Shown: positions 11,384 through 21,400 of the stretch, piece after piece
Layout: each line of letters opens with the position of its first letter
Numbering within the stretch: the first letter of the stretch is position 1
NCBI GenBank assembly: GCA_947470025.1
Contig: CANIRU010000004.1
Span: 1 to 56,101, forward strand
Source of the DNA: Chloroflexota bacterium
GTDB taxonomy: Bacteria > Chloroflexota > Dehalococcoidia > UBA2979
Length of the DNA stretch: 56,101 bases
Direction of reading: 5' to 3'
The notes under the pieces: model-generated
Seen by the model: the letters and a program-made list of their open reading frames with translations, nothing else
Told to the model about the DNA's origin: nothing
Database searches by the model: none
Program-made: the position numbers and the translations under genes

Positions 11384-12313
11384 CTACTCGCTGCGCGTCG
11401 GCGCGTCCTCCAGGTCACGAAGCACGCGCTCGGCCTCGCTCATGTCCTGCTCCGCCGACGGCGTCATGGAGCGGATGAGCTCCAGCGCGTGCTCGTCCAT
11501 GTAGAACGACTCGGCTGCGGTCGGGAAGGCCGCCGTCTCGACCGCCTCGCGGTACTCAATCATCGCCTGCTGTGTCGCCTGCCCGATCTCGGCGAAGCGG
11601 CGCGCGTGCTTCGGCTGGCCCTCGTAGATGCCGAGGAGGTCGTGGACGACCTGCACCTGCCCGGAGCAGAACGGCCCCGCGCCGATACCGATGGTCGGGA
11701 CGCTGACGCGCTGCGTGATCATGTGGGCGAGGGCAGTCGGCACCAGCTCGAGGACGATCGCGTACGCGCCGGCCTCGGCGAGCGCCTTCGCGTCCTGGAT
11801 CAGGTGGACGGCCTCGCGCGGGGTCTTGCCCTGCACGCGGAAGCCACCGAAGGCGTTCACGGACTGCGGCGTGAGGCCGATGTGCCCCATCACCGGGATG
11901 CCGGCCTCGACGAGGTGACGCACGGTCTCGGCCGAGCGCTCGCCGCCCTCGAGCTTCACGGAGCCGCATCCGGTCTCCTGCATGATGCGAGTCGCGTTGC
12001 GGAGCGCCTCCTGCCAGCCGCCCTGGTAGGAGCCGAACGGCATGTCGACGACGACGTGCGCATGCCCCGCGCCTCGGACGACCGCCTTGCCGTGGTGAAT
12101 CATGTCATCGACGGTCACCGGCACCGTGGAGTCGTACCCGAGCACGACCATGCCGAGGGAGTCGCCGACCAGCAGGATCGGAATCCCGGCCTGGTCCGCG
12201 AGTTTCGCGGTCGGGTAGTCGTAGGCGGTCAGCATCGTGATCGGCTTCCCCTGCTCGCGCATGCGCTGCAGGTCGACCACGGTGACTGGTTTCTTCGTCG
12301 GGGTGGCGGACAA
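11384..12313 (-). CDS. panB: 3-methyl-2-oxobutanoate hydroxymethyltransferase
   Basis: MLTAYDY, LVGDSLGM, VDMPFGSY, VKLEGG, MGHIGLTPQ, IGIGAG; TTG start with GGAGG SD. Confidence 0.97.
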   Translation of the reverse strand: MSATPTKKPVTVVDLQRMREQGKPITMLTAYDYPTAKLADQAGIPILLVGDSLGMVVLGYDSTVPVTVDDMIHHGKAVVRGAGHAHVVVDMPFGSYQGGWQEALRNATRIMQETGCGSVKLEGGERSAETVRHLVEAGIPVMGHIGLTPQSVNAFGGFRVQGKTPREAVHLIQDAKALAEAGAYAIVLELVPTALAHMITQRVSVPTIGIGAGPFCSGQVQVVHDLLGIYEGQPKHARRFAEIGQATQQAMIEYREAVETAAFPTAAESFYMDEHALELIRSMTPSAEQDMSEAERVLRDLEDAPTRSE

Positions 12314-12321
12314 GGTGGCCT

Positions 12322-12397
12322 CCGTCTCGGTCGCGCAATGGATCCAAGCGGTTCGAATAGCCTCGTGCTGTCGGTCTTGTCTCCGAATCGACTGGCT
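12322..12397 (-). ncRNA. pan-motif cis-regulatory RNA (tandem bulged hairpins) in the panB leader
   Basis: Minus strand CCGCUUGGAUC-cauugcgc-GACCGAGACGG (12322-12351) forms a stem with two bulged A residues, its 3' end overlapping the GGAGG SD; a second, looser hairpin upstream also contains GACCGA. Confidence 0.72.
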
Positions 12398-12447
12398 GCC
12401 CGCACGGGTCAGCGGTCGCCCTCAGTATAGGACAGCCACTACGCAAA

Positions 12448-13497
12448 TCAACGATTCCCAGCCCCCCGCCGGGCGCCTCGACGGCGCGCGCTCGCGGCCC
12501 ACTCAGCCGCCGAGGGCACCCCGGCCAGCCCGGTGGCCGCCCGGACGCCGGCCAGCACGGCACGTTCGATGACGAGCGCGCACATCGCCTCGATCGCCGG
12601 ATACTCATCTGCCTCGACGGGCTGCTCGCCCGTGGCCAGAGCGAAGATCACGTCGCCGTCGGCGCGGGTGTGGACGGGCCAAATGGCGCGCGCGAAGCCG
12701 TCGTGCGCGACGGTGGCGATGCGGTTGACCTGCGTCTTCGTCAGTGCGGCGTTGGTCGCGACGACGGCGATGGTCGTGTTCTCTGCCTGCTCGACCGGCT
12801 TGGCGTCGGCGCGGCGGCGTCCCCGCCCCGTCGCGAGGAGCTCGTCGATGTCGAGAAAGCCTGACTGGTCACCTCGAGGGCCCGCGACCACCTGGCCGGT
12901 ACGGCCGTCGCGGATGCCGCCGACGGCGTTCACCGCAGCGATGGCAGCGACCACGATGCCTGTTCCGAGCAGCTCGCTTGCGGTGCCGAGGCCGCCCTTG
13001 AGTGCGCGGTCCGGCCCGGCGAGCTTGGCGACGGTCGCGCCCGTGCCCGCGCCGACCGATCCCTGCTCAACGCGCCCGCCCGAGGCACGCGCGACGGCCT
13101 TGCGGCCCGCCTCGGCGTCCGGCCACTTCAGATTGCCGATGCCCAGGTCGAAGAGGATCGCGCTCGGCACGATCGGGATCCGCGCCCGACCGACCTCGAA
13201 GCCGACGCCCCGCTCCGCGAGCGCGTGCATCACGCCGGTTGCCGCCTCGAGGCCGAAGGCCGAGCCGCCCGCGAGGACGACCGCGTGGACTTCCTCGATC
13301 AGGTTGCCAGGGCGCAGCAGGTCGGTCTCGCGCGTGCCGGGGGCAGCGCCGCGCACGTCAACGCCGCCGACGGTGCCGGGAGGACAGAGGATCACGGTGC
13401 AGCCGGTGGCGGCGCGGCGGTCCGTCCAGTGACCGACGCGGATACCTCGGACGTCAGTGATCGCGTCGCGCCAGCCGGGCGGGCGGGCGGAGGACAC
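12448..13497 (-). CDS. P1/S58 (DmpA-like) peptidase
   Basis: ITDVRGIRVGH, GVDVRGAAPGTRETDLL, LAGGSAFGL, GSVGAGTGA, ENTTIAVVATNA, HTRADGD. Confidence 0.92.
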   Translation of the reverse strand: MSSARPPGWRDAITDVRGIRVGHWTDRRAATGCTVILCPPGTVGGVDVRGAAPGTRETDLLRPGNLIEEVHAVVLAGGSAFGLEAATGVMHALAERGVGFEVGRARIPIVPSAILFDLGIGNLKWPDAEAGRKAVARASGGRVEQGSVGAGTGATVAKLAGPDRALKGGLGTASELLGTGIVVAAIAAVNAVGGIRDGRTGQVVAGPRGDQSGFLDIDELLATGRGRRRADAKPVEQAENTTIAVVATNAALTKTQVNRIATVAHDGFARAIWPVHTRADGDVIFALATGEQPVEADEYPAIEAMCALVIERAVLAGVRAATGLAGVPSAAEWAASARRRGARRGAGNR

Positions 13498-13511
13498 CCG
13501 TCTGAGCCGGG

Positions 13512-14414
13512 CTAACCGGCCTGCGCGACGAGGACGCGCGATGGCGCGACCTGCTCGACGACCTCGAGCACGCGGCGCATGTACGCGTCCGGGGCGTCGA
13601 GGTACGCGGTCGCGTGACCGCCGCGGTCGGCGATTACCCACACCTGGTCGCGCCCGTCGAGCGAGGCGGCCGCGAGGTTGAGCGAGTGCGCGACCGGGAC
13701 GCGCTCGTCGCCCTCGTTGTGGATCAGCAACACGGGCGCGGTGACCTGTGCGATGGACTTCACCGGCTGGAGCGCCTCGACGTCCGCGTGGAAGATGCGG
13801 TGAGCGAACACGGTGGCGAGCGCGAACAGCGGCGCGGGGACGTTGCGCCAACGGCTGCGCAGGTACTGGCGCATCGTGAGGAACGAGGAGTCCGCAATCA
13901 CGGCGGTAACATCGGTGTTGCGCGCCGCGGCGGCGATGCCGAGGGCGGCACCGAAGCCGAAGCCGTGGAGCAAGACCGGCTGCGCGCCCGACCGACGACG
14001 TACGAACGCGACCGCGGCGAGGACATCGAGGCGCTCATTGGTACCGAAGGAGTCGCGACGGCCGGCCGACTCGCCGTGGCCACGCAGGTCGAACGTGAAG
14101 ACGGAGATGCCGCGGCGCACGTAGTCGCGCGTGAGGTTGAGCAGACCGTGCGCGGGGTCGGCGCGGGTCGCCTCGAGGTCGTGGACAAGCACCACCGTGG
14201 CGCGCGCGCCGGGGGACTCGAGGAACCAGCCGCGGAGGGTGAGGCGGTCGGCGGTGAGGAACTGCACCTCTTCGTAGCGGAGGCCGAGGTCACCGGGCGT
14301 GCCCTGCACGCGGTTGCGCTTGGAGCGCGTCATCCCGTCCGCGAGGTAGAAGGCCGCGAACAGCACACCGACGGTGAGCGTCGCCGCAGCGACGAGGAGG
14401 AATCCGATAAACAT
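13512..14414 (-). CDS. Membrane-anchored alpha/beta-hydrolase-fold protein with non-canonical nucleophile elbow
   Basis: N-terminal TM; TPGDLGLRYEEV..LRGWF; FDLRGHGES; HGFGFG where GxSxG is expected; IADSSF; IHNEGDERVP; GGHA. Confidence 0.85.
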   Translation of the reverse strand: MFIGFLLVAAATLTVGVLFAAFYLADGMTRSKRNRVQGTPGDLGLRYEEVQFLTADRLTLRGWFLESPGARATVVLVHDLEATRADPAHGLLNLTRDYVRRGISVFTFDLRGHGESAGRRDSFGTNERLDVLAAVAFVRRRSGAQPVLLHGFGFGAALGIAAAARNTDVTAVIADSSFLTMRQYLRSRWRNVPAPLFALATVFAHRIFHADVEALQPVKSIAQVTAPVLLIHNEGDERVPVAHSLNLAAASLDGRDQVWVIADRGGHATAYLDAPDAYMRRVLEVVEQVAPSRVLVAQAG

Positions 14415-14577
14415 GAGTGCCCCGTTTCGATCGCGCTGGCAGTTCGAATGACTTCGTAACGCCTGCGGCACCGTCCAACCCTAGCAAGCCCCGTCGCCGG
14501 GAGGCAAGGTGAAATCCTGCACAAAGACCGATTATCTCCATCGGTGTGTCGATTAGGTACCGGCCAGATCGAGGCGA

Positions 14578-15399
14578 TTACCTCCGCTGACAGCCGGGAC
14601 AGAAATGCGTGCCGCGCCCTGCCACCCGGGTCTTCTCAATGACGCTGCCGCACCGCTCACAGGTCTGCCCCTCGCGGCGGAAGACGTGGACGCGGACGTG
14701 GTGGAGGCCCTCCCCTCCGAGGCCGTCCCGGTAGTCGCTGAACGAGGATCCTCGGTCGTCCAGGGAGTCGTGGAGCGTCTGAAGCACCGCAGCGTGGAGG
14801 CGCTTCGCGCGCGTCGGCCCGATGCGACTCGCAGGCGTCCGCGGGTCGATTGCGGCGATCCAGCAGGCCTCGTCGGCGTAGATGTTGCCCACCCCCGCCG
14901 CGACCGCCTGGTCGAGGAGCACGGCCTTCACGGCCACGCTGCGGCGCTTCAGGCACGCGAGGAGCCACACGGGCGTGAACTCCTCGGACAGCGCGTCCGG
15001 GCCGCTGTTCGGCATCGCCTCGAGCGGGTCCTCGACGAGGTGCCACGTACCGAACTTGCGGAGGTCGTTGAACCGGACGGTCGTGCCGTCGTCGAGGTCG
15101 ATGCGGGCGCGCTCGAAACGGTGCGCCGGAGCATCGGCGGGCGCGTGGACGAGCGATCCGGTCATGCGCAGGTGCATCACCCACGTGCGCCCGTCATCGA
15201 GCCGGAGCAGCAGGTACTTCCCCTGCCGCCCGACCGCCTCGACCCGCCGCCCCTTGAGTGCCCGTTCGAGGTCACGCGGGGCATCCGTCACGGCGAGGCG
15301 CTCCGCGCCGGGATGGATGCGCACGCGCGTCACCGTGCGCCCGACGATCAGCGGCGTCAGGTCGCGCCGGATCGTCTCGACTTCCGGAAGTTCTGGCAC
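14578..15399 (-). CDS. mutM: Formamidopyrimidine-DNA glycosylase
   Basis: MPELPEVET, HLRMTG, DLRKFG, AGVGNIYADE, zinc finger CERC..CPGCQ. Confidence 0.98.
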   Translation of the reverse strand: MPELPEVETIRRDLTPLIVGRTVTRVRIHPGAERLAVTDAPRDLERALKGRRVEAVGRQGKYLLLRLDDGRTWVMHLRMTGSLVHAPADAPAHRFERARIDLDDGTTVRFNDLRKFGTWHLVEDPLEAMPNSGPDALSEEFTPVWLLACLKRRSVAVKAVLLDQAVAAGVGNIYADEACWIAAIDPRTPASRIGPTRAKRLHAAVLQTLHDSLDDRGSSFSDYRDGLGGEGLHHVRVHVFRREGQTCERCGSVIEKTRVAGRGTHFCPGCQRR

Positions 15400-15488
15400 G
15401 GTTCCGCTCTCAGGTGGCCAAGACGTCTCGACGAACTTCTTGCGGCCGACGCGCGGGATACCCGCGCCGGGCCTCCGGGGCGGGTCGG

Positions 15489-18380
15489 CTAGTCCTGCTC
15501 CAGCTCGCCCCAGTTACGGCCCACCTTCATGCCGATGTCGAGCGGCACCTCGAGGTCGAGCGTGGGCATGAGGCGTGTGGCCATCCCGCGCACCTCGTCC
15601 AGTTCGGCGCGGGGGAGCTCGAAGATCAGCTCGTCGTGAACCTGGAGGATCATCCGCGCCTTCCGGCCCGCGGCGCGCTTCTCGATCAGCTCGGCGTCGA
15701 TGTGGTTCATCGCGATCTTGATGATGTCGGAGGCCGTGCCCTGGATCGGCATGTTCATGGCGATGCGCTCGGCCGCCTGTCGCAGGTTGCGGTTCCCGGC
15801 GCGCAGGTCCGGAATGTAGCGACGACGCCCGGTCAGCGTCTCCGCGTAGCCACGCTCGCGAGACTCGACGATTGTGCGCTCCCGCCACTCCGCGACCTGG
15901 GGGTACGCCTCGAAGTAGGCGGTGATGAATGCCTCCGCCTCGTCGCGCGGGATGCGCTCGCGGGTCGAGAGGCCGAAGGCGGTCAGGCCGTACAGGACGC
16001 CGAAGTTGAACACCTTCGCCCGGTTGCGGTCATCGCGGGTGACCTCGGACTCCGGTTTCTTGAACACGCGCGAGGCCGTCGCCGTGTGGATGTCCTTCTT
16101 CTCCGCGAACGCGCGCCGCAGCTCGGTGTCGCCCGAGATGTGCGCGAGGACGCGCAGCTCGATCTGCGAGTAGTCGGCGGACAGCAGCACCGGATCCTCG
16201 CCACAGTCGCGTGCGACGAAGGCGCGGCGCACGAGGTTGCCGATCTCCGTGCGCACCGGGATGTTCTGGAGGTTCGGGTCGTTCGAGGACAGCCGCCCCG
16301 TCGCCGCCGTCACCTGCGAGAACACCGAGTGAACGCGGCCTGTCCGCGGGTTCACCTGGTGCGGCAGCGTGTCCACGTACGTCGACTTGATCTTCGTCAG
16401 CTCGCGCCATTCGAGGATTGCGTTGACGACCGGGTGCACCTCCCGCAGCGGCTCGAGGGCGTCCGCATCGGTGGTGTAGCCGGTCTTTGTCTTGCGCGTC
16501 TTCGGCAGGTGGAGCTCCTCGAACAGCACGTTCGAGAGCTCCAGCGGGGAACCGATCTTGATCTGGTGCCCGACCGCCTCGTACACCGCGCGCTCGGCTT
16601 CGGCGATGCGCTCCGTCAGTCGGTTGTCGAGGTCGGACAGCACGCTGCTGTCCAGCGCGATGCCGAACTGCTCCATGCGCGCCAGCACGGGCACATGCGG
16701 CAGGTCGATCTCTTGGAACACGCGGTCGAGGGCGTTCGCCTCGAGCTCCTCCCGGAGCTTGTCCGAGGCGCGCAGGATCACGTCCGCGTCGATGGCGGCG
16801 TAGCGCCCAACGTCCTCGATGCTCGCCTGCGCGAAGGTGATCGCCTTGCTCGCGCTACCGAGGAACGACTTCGGGTCGATCGTCGCCACGCCGAGCCGGT
16901 CGAAGGCGAGCCGCTGCAGCGACATACTGGAATCGCCGAGGAGATACGCCGCGATCTGGGTGTCGAAGTCGATCGAGGCGGGCCAGACGTGCTCCGGCGA
17001 CTCCGCGAGCGCCAGCGTGACGTACTTGGCCTCGTGAGCCACGCGCTTGACCGCGGGGTCGAGGAGCACCGGCCGGAGCGCCTCGAACACCTCGCCGCGC
17101 GGCAGCTGCCGCGGGCCGTCGCCCGGCGCGTCGTCCATGAGCAGCATGCCCTGCCCGTGGGCGATGTGGCCGAACGGGATGTACGAGGCTTGGCCCAACT
17201 CCGCGCTGATCGCGAGGCCGACGAGGCCGTCGCCCGCCCGCATCGGATGACCGTCAGTCGCGACGACCTCGATCGCGAAGCGCCCACTGGCGCGGATCGC
17301 GGCGACGAGGGCGTTGAGGTGCGCACGGTCGGTGATCACCTCGTACCGGCCGTCGGCGGCGACAGCGGGCTGGAGCTCGGGCGTCGCGACCTGGCTCGAC
17401 TCGGGGAGCCGGTTGATCAGCGACCGGAACTCGAGCTCCTGGAACAGGTCGACGACCGCCTGGCGGTCGTAGTCGTCCAGCTGCGCCGCGTCGAGGTCCA
17501 ACGTGACGTCCGGCACGTCGCAGATGATCGTGGCCAGCTCGTGGGAGAGCTGCGCCTCAAGCACACCCTCGGACAGCGCGGTGCGCGTGCGCTTCGGCTC
17601 GATCTCCTCGATGTGCGCGATCATCTCGTCGAGGGTGCCGTACTGCTCGATGAGCGCCTTCGCACCCTTCTCACCGATGCCCTTGACGCCCGGGATGTTG
17701 TCGGAGGTGTCGCCGACCAGCGCCTTGTACTCAATCATCTGGCGCGGCTCGAAGCCGAAGCGCTCACGCACCGCGGCGTTGTCGTACATCACGTAGTCGC
17801 GCTGGTACGGGCGATACATATACACGCGCACACCCGGCTGCACGAGCTGGATGATGTCGTTGTCCAGCGTCACGATCACCACGTCGAGGCCCGCCTCGAC
17901 CGCCTGCGTCGCGAGCGTGCCGAGCACGTCGTCCGCCTCGTATCCCATCTTCTCGACGAGCGGGATGCCGAACGCGTCGAGGAGCTGGCGCACGCGGTCG
18001 AACTGCGGGATGAGGTCGCTCGGCGTCTCGGCACGGGTCGCCTTGTATCGCTCGTCCATGTCCTTGCGGAAGGTCTGCTCTGAGGCGTCCCAGGCGGCGA
18101 TGACGTAGGTGGGCTTCAGCTCGTTGAAGACGGTCAGGACGCTGTTCGCGTAGCCAAAGACGGCCGCCACTGGCTCGCCGGTCCGCCGCACGGTCAGCAC
18201 GTCCCGCAGCGCGAAGTACGACCGGAAGATGATCCCGTGCGAGTCGAGGACGACGAGCAGCGGCTTCCCGCTGGCGCTCTCGCCGGGCACCTCGGCCACC
18301 CCGGAAAGCTCGAGGTCGGCTGGCGGCGCCACCTTCGAGGCGCGCGATCGGGGCTGGGTGGCGGCGGGTTCGGTGGTCAC
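15489..18380 (-). CDS. polA: DNA polymerase I
   Basis: 5'-3' exonuclease (GYEADDVLGTLA, ALVGDTSDNIPGVKGIGEK); polymerase TGRLSSNDPNLQNIP, ADYSQIELRVLAH, QGTASDIIK, LQVHDELIFE; start at 18380 inferred from TACACT 7 nt upstream. Confidence 0.97.
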   Translation of the reverse strand: MTTEPAATQPRSRASKVAPPADLELSGVAEVPGESASGKPLLVVLDSHGIIFRSYFALRDVLTVRRTGEPVAAVFGYANSVLTVFNELKPTYVIAAWDASEQTFRKDMDERYKATRAETPSDLIPQFDRVRQLLDAFGIPLVEKMGYEADDVLGTLATQAVEAGLDVVIVTLDNDIIQLVQPGVRVYMYRPYQRDYVMYDNAAVRERFGFEPRQMIEYKALVGDTSDNIPGVKGIGEKGAKALIEQYGTLDEMIAHIEEIEPKRTRTALSEGVLEAQLSHELATIICDVPDVTLDLDAAQLDDYDRQAVVDLFQELEFRSLINRLPESSQVATPELQPAVAADGRYEVITDRAHLNALVAAIRASGRFAIEVVATDGHPMRAGDGLVGLAISAELGQASYIPFGHIAHGQGMLLMDDAPGDGPRQLPRGEVFEALRPVLLDPAVKRVAHEAKYVTLALAESPEHVWPASIDFDTQIAAYLLGDSSMSLQRLAFDRLGVATIDPKSFLGSASKAITFAQASIEDVGRYAAIDADVILRASDKLREELEANALDRVFQEIDLPHVPVLARMEQFGIALDSSVLSDLDNRLTERIAEAERAVYEAVGHQIKIGSPLELSNVLFEELHLPKTRKTKTGYTTDADALEPLREVHPVVNAILEWRELTKIKSTYVDTLPHQVNPRTGRVHSVFSQVTAATGRLSSNDPNLQNIPVRTEIGNLVRRAFVARDCGEDPVLLSADYSQIELRVLAHISGDTELRRAFAEKKDIHTATASRVFKKPESEVTRDDRNRAKVFNFGVLYGLTAFGLSTRERIPRDEAEAFITAYFEAYPQVAEWRERTIVESRERGYAETLTGRRRYIPDLRAGNRNLRQAAERIAMNMPIQGTASDIIKIAMNHIDAELIEKRAAGRKARMILQVHDELIFELPRAELDEVRGMATRLMPTLDLEVPLDIGMKVGRNWGELEQD

Positions 18381-18442
18381 GAGGGCCAGTGTACCGCCCT
18401 CGGTCGGCACGCTCCGCCCGGTATCCGTAGAATGCGGCCCCA

Positions 18443-21400
18443 ATGACCTCTTACCGCGCGCTGCCTGTGCTCGCCATCCGCCGCATGCTCGGTAACTGGC
18501 GGCTGCTCTCCAGCGTGGTCGTGGGCACCCTGGTCGCCGCGGCCATCCTCTCCGCCACCGCCATCTACGCCGACGCCATCCGCGACCTCGGCCTCCAGTA
18601 CGCGCTCCGGCAGCAGTCGCCCGCCGCACTCGACGTCAGCATTCTGACCTCGAACGTGAACGTCTCGACGACCGCATACCCGCGCTCCATCGCACGACAG
18701 GACACCGCTGCCTCAAACGCGCTGCGCGGGAGTGTCGGCGGCGTGGTACGGGTCGCCACCAGCGCGACCTTCTACCCGGCGGCTCCCGGGCAGAAGCCGG
18801 ATCCGGCCAACCAGGCGCGACCGCGTGCAAACCTCATCGTGCGGAGCCAGCTCCAGGACGAGGTCGCCGTCGTGCAGGGCGCGTTGCCCTCGGCGTTCAC
18901 GCGCGGGGCGACCGGGCCGGTCCCCGTCGCCATCGGCGAGGAGACGGCGCAGAGTCAGAACCTGCGCATCGGCTCCACGATCGACCTGTTCCCTTTCTGG
19001 GACGACAAGACCGAGCCGCTCCAGGTGCAGATCGTTGGCACCCTCCGCGCGAAGGACCCGGGCGACCGTGCGTGGGGCACCAGCGGTGTCGGCGTGGATG
19101 CCTCGACGCGCGGTTGGCCGACCTACTTCCTCTACGTCCCGGACGCCACGCTCTTCGGCGCGTTACTCGAGCGCCTCCCGACGCTCTCCGCCGACTACGA
19201 GAACCGCTACTCCGTGCGGCCGGACGCGCTCAACGCGCGGATCGCGATCCCGGTCGCGGACGGCCTCAGCCACCTCCCGACGGCGCTCGCCGCGACCGAG
19301 ACACGCCCGAACGTACGCAGCGCACTGGAGCCGGTGCTGCGCTCGTTCGACCAGAAGTTGTTCTTCACGCGCGTCCCGCTACTCGTGCTGCTCCTCCAGA
19401 TCGGCGGCATCGTCGCGTACTACCTCGTGATGGTGTCCACCATGCTGATCGAGCGGCAGGCCGCCGAGATCGCGACGCTGCGCAGCCGAGGTGCCACGAC
19501 CTCCCAGCTCCTCGCGCAGTACGGCGTGGAGGGCGCGATCCTCGCGGCGCTCGCGGCGCTGGCGGGGCCGCCGATCGCCGCGCTCGTCGTGTCGTCGCTC
19601 GGGCCCACACCGTCCTTCGCCGCGCTGTCCGGGGGCGGGCCGCTGCCGGTACACGTCGGCAGCGGCGCCTACCTCCTCGCAGGGGCGGGCGCGCTGCTCG
19701 CGTTCGCCTCGCTAATGTTCCCCGCGTGGCGCGCGACGCGCGTCACGGTGCTCGAGTTCAAGCGCAGCGCAGCGCGCCCCCGCCCCACGCCCGTCCTGCT
19801 CCGCTACTACGTCGATGTCCTCGCGGTCGCGGTCGTCGCGCTGGCGTTCTGGCGGCTGTCGCGCGAGAACTCGCTGGTCTCGCCGTCGCTCTTCGGTACG
19901 GCCAAAGTCGACCCGTTCCTGCTCGCGACACCGGCGGTGTTCATGGTGACAGTCGGCGTCGTGTTCCTGCGTCTGTTCCCGCTCGTGATGCGTGGCATCG
20001 GCTGGATCGTCGGCAAGACGAAGAGTGTCGCCGTGCTCATCGGCGTGCGGTCGCTCGTCCGCAACCCCACGCACTACGCGCGACTCATCCTGCTGCTGAT
20101 GTTCGCCACCGGCGTCGGCATGTTCGGGGCGACCTTCTCCGCCACCCTCGACCGCTCGTACGAGGACCGCGCGAGCTATGCGGTGGGCGCCGATGTGCGC
20201 GCCGGCGGGATTCCGAACGGCGGCTTCGCCGGCGACGCCGAGTTCCTCGCGCGCATCGAGCGCGTCCCCGCCGATGCCCGCAGCGCGCTCACGCGCCTCG
20301 ACGGCTCGGTCACCAAGGACAAGCGGCAGGCGAACGTCGAGGTGCTCGGCATCGATCCCAAGACGTTCGAGCGCGTCGCATTCTTCCGAAGCGATTTCGC
20401 CGACGCGCGCCTCCATACGATGCTCGACGTCCTCGACCAGAACGCCGCAGCTCCCGCGCGGGGACCGATGCTGCCGGCGAACGCGCGGCAACTCGGCGTG
20501 TGGGTGCGCATGACCGACATCCGAGGTCGTGTGGTCCTCGGCGTGAGCCTGCGCGATGCCGCGGGCCGCGTGACGAATCGCCAGCTGGGCGAGGCACGCC
20601 CTGGCGACCCGGTGACCAGTGAGTGGACGTTCTTCAGCGCCGACCTCACGCAGCCGCGCTCGCTGTCCGGCGGTCAGATCCGCGAGACACAGCCCGCGAC
20701 CGGCCCGTTCGAGGTCCGCGGGGTCTTCGTCGTGCCGACCGGCGCGATCGCCAACCAGCGCGGTGTGGTGCAGTTCGGGCCCGCGCTCGCCACCGCATCC
20801 GCCCCTACCAGCGTCGTGAATCCCTCTCTCGCGATCAGCGGCATCGACGTCGCAACCACGGCGTGGCACGACGCCGTCCTCGTGCAAGACTTCACGCAGG
20901 CGGGCTTCGAGGCGATCCAGGGCACGCGCCCGGCACTGCTGCCCGACGTCGCCCGCGCGGCCACCGACGCCCCACCGCCCGGCTTTGCCTCGGCGATGCG
21001 TTACGAGTGGCAGGACACCGGCATCTCGCCCCCCCTGCGCGGCCTCCGCCCCGTCGTCGACGCGACCCCGGCGCGCGTGTACCTCGCCGCCGAGACGGCG
21101 AAGCGGCTCGAGGTCGATACAGGTGACACGGTCACCATCGGCGTCGGGTCGCGCAGCGTGGCTGCGGTCGTGGCGGGCGTATTCGAGTACTTCCCCACCT
21201 ATAAGCCCGGCGAGAGCAACGGACTCGCCGTGCTCAACGGCAGCCGTCTCTCGACCGCGATCAACAGCGCGATGCCCGACTCGCCCCTCGGTCCGAATGA
21301 GGCATGGTTCGCGACGAGACAGAGCGGCGCGACACGCGACGCCCTCAAGCCCTTTGCCCCGCTCACGGTGGAGACACGTGATGCGGTGCGCGCGGTGCAG

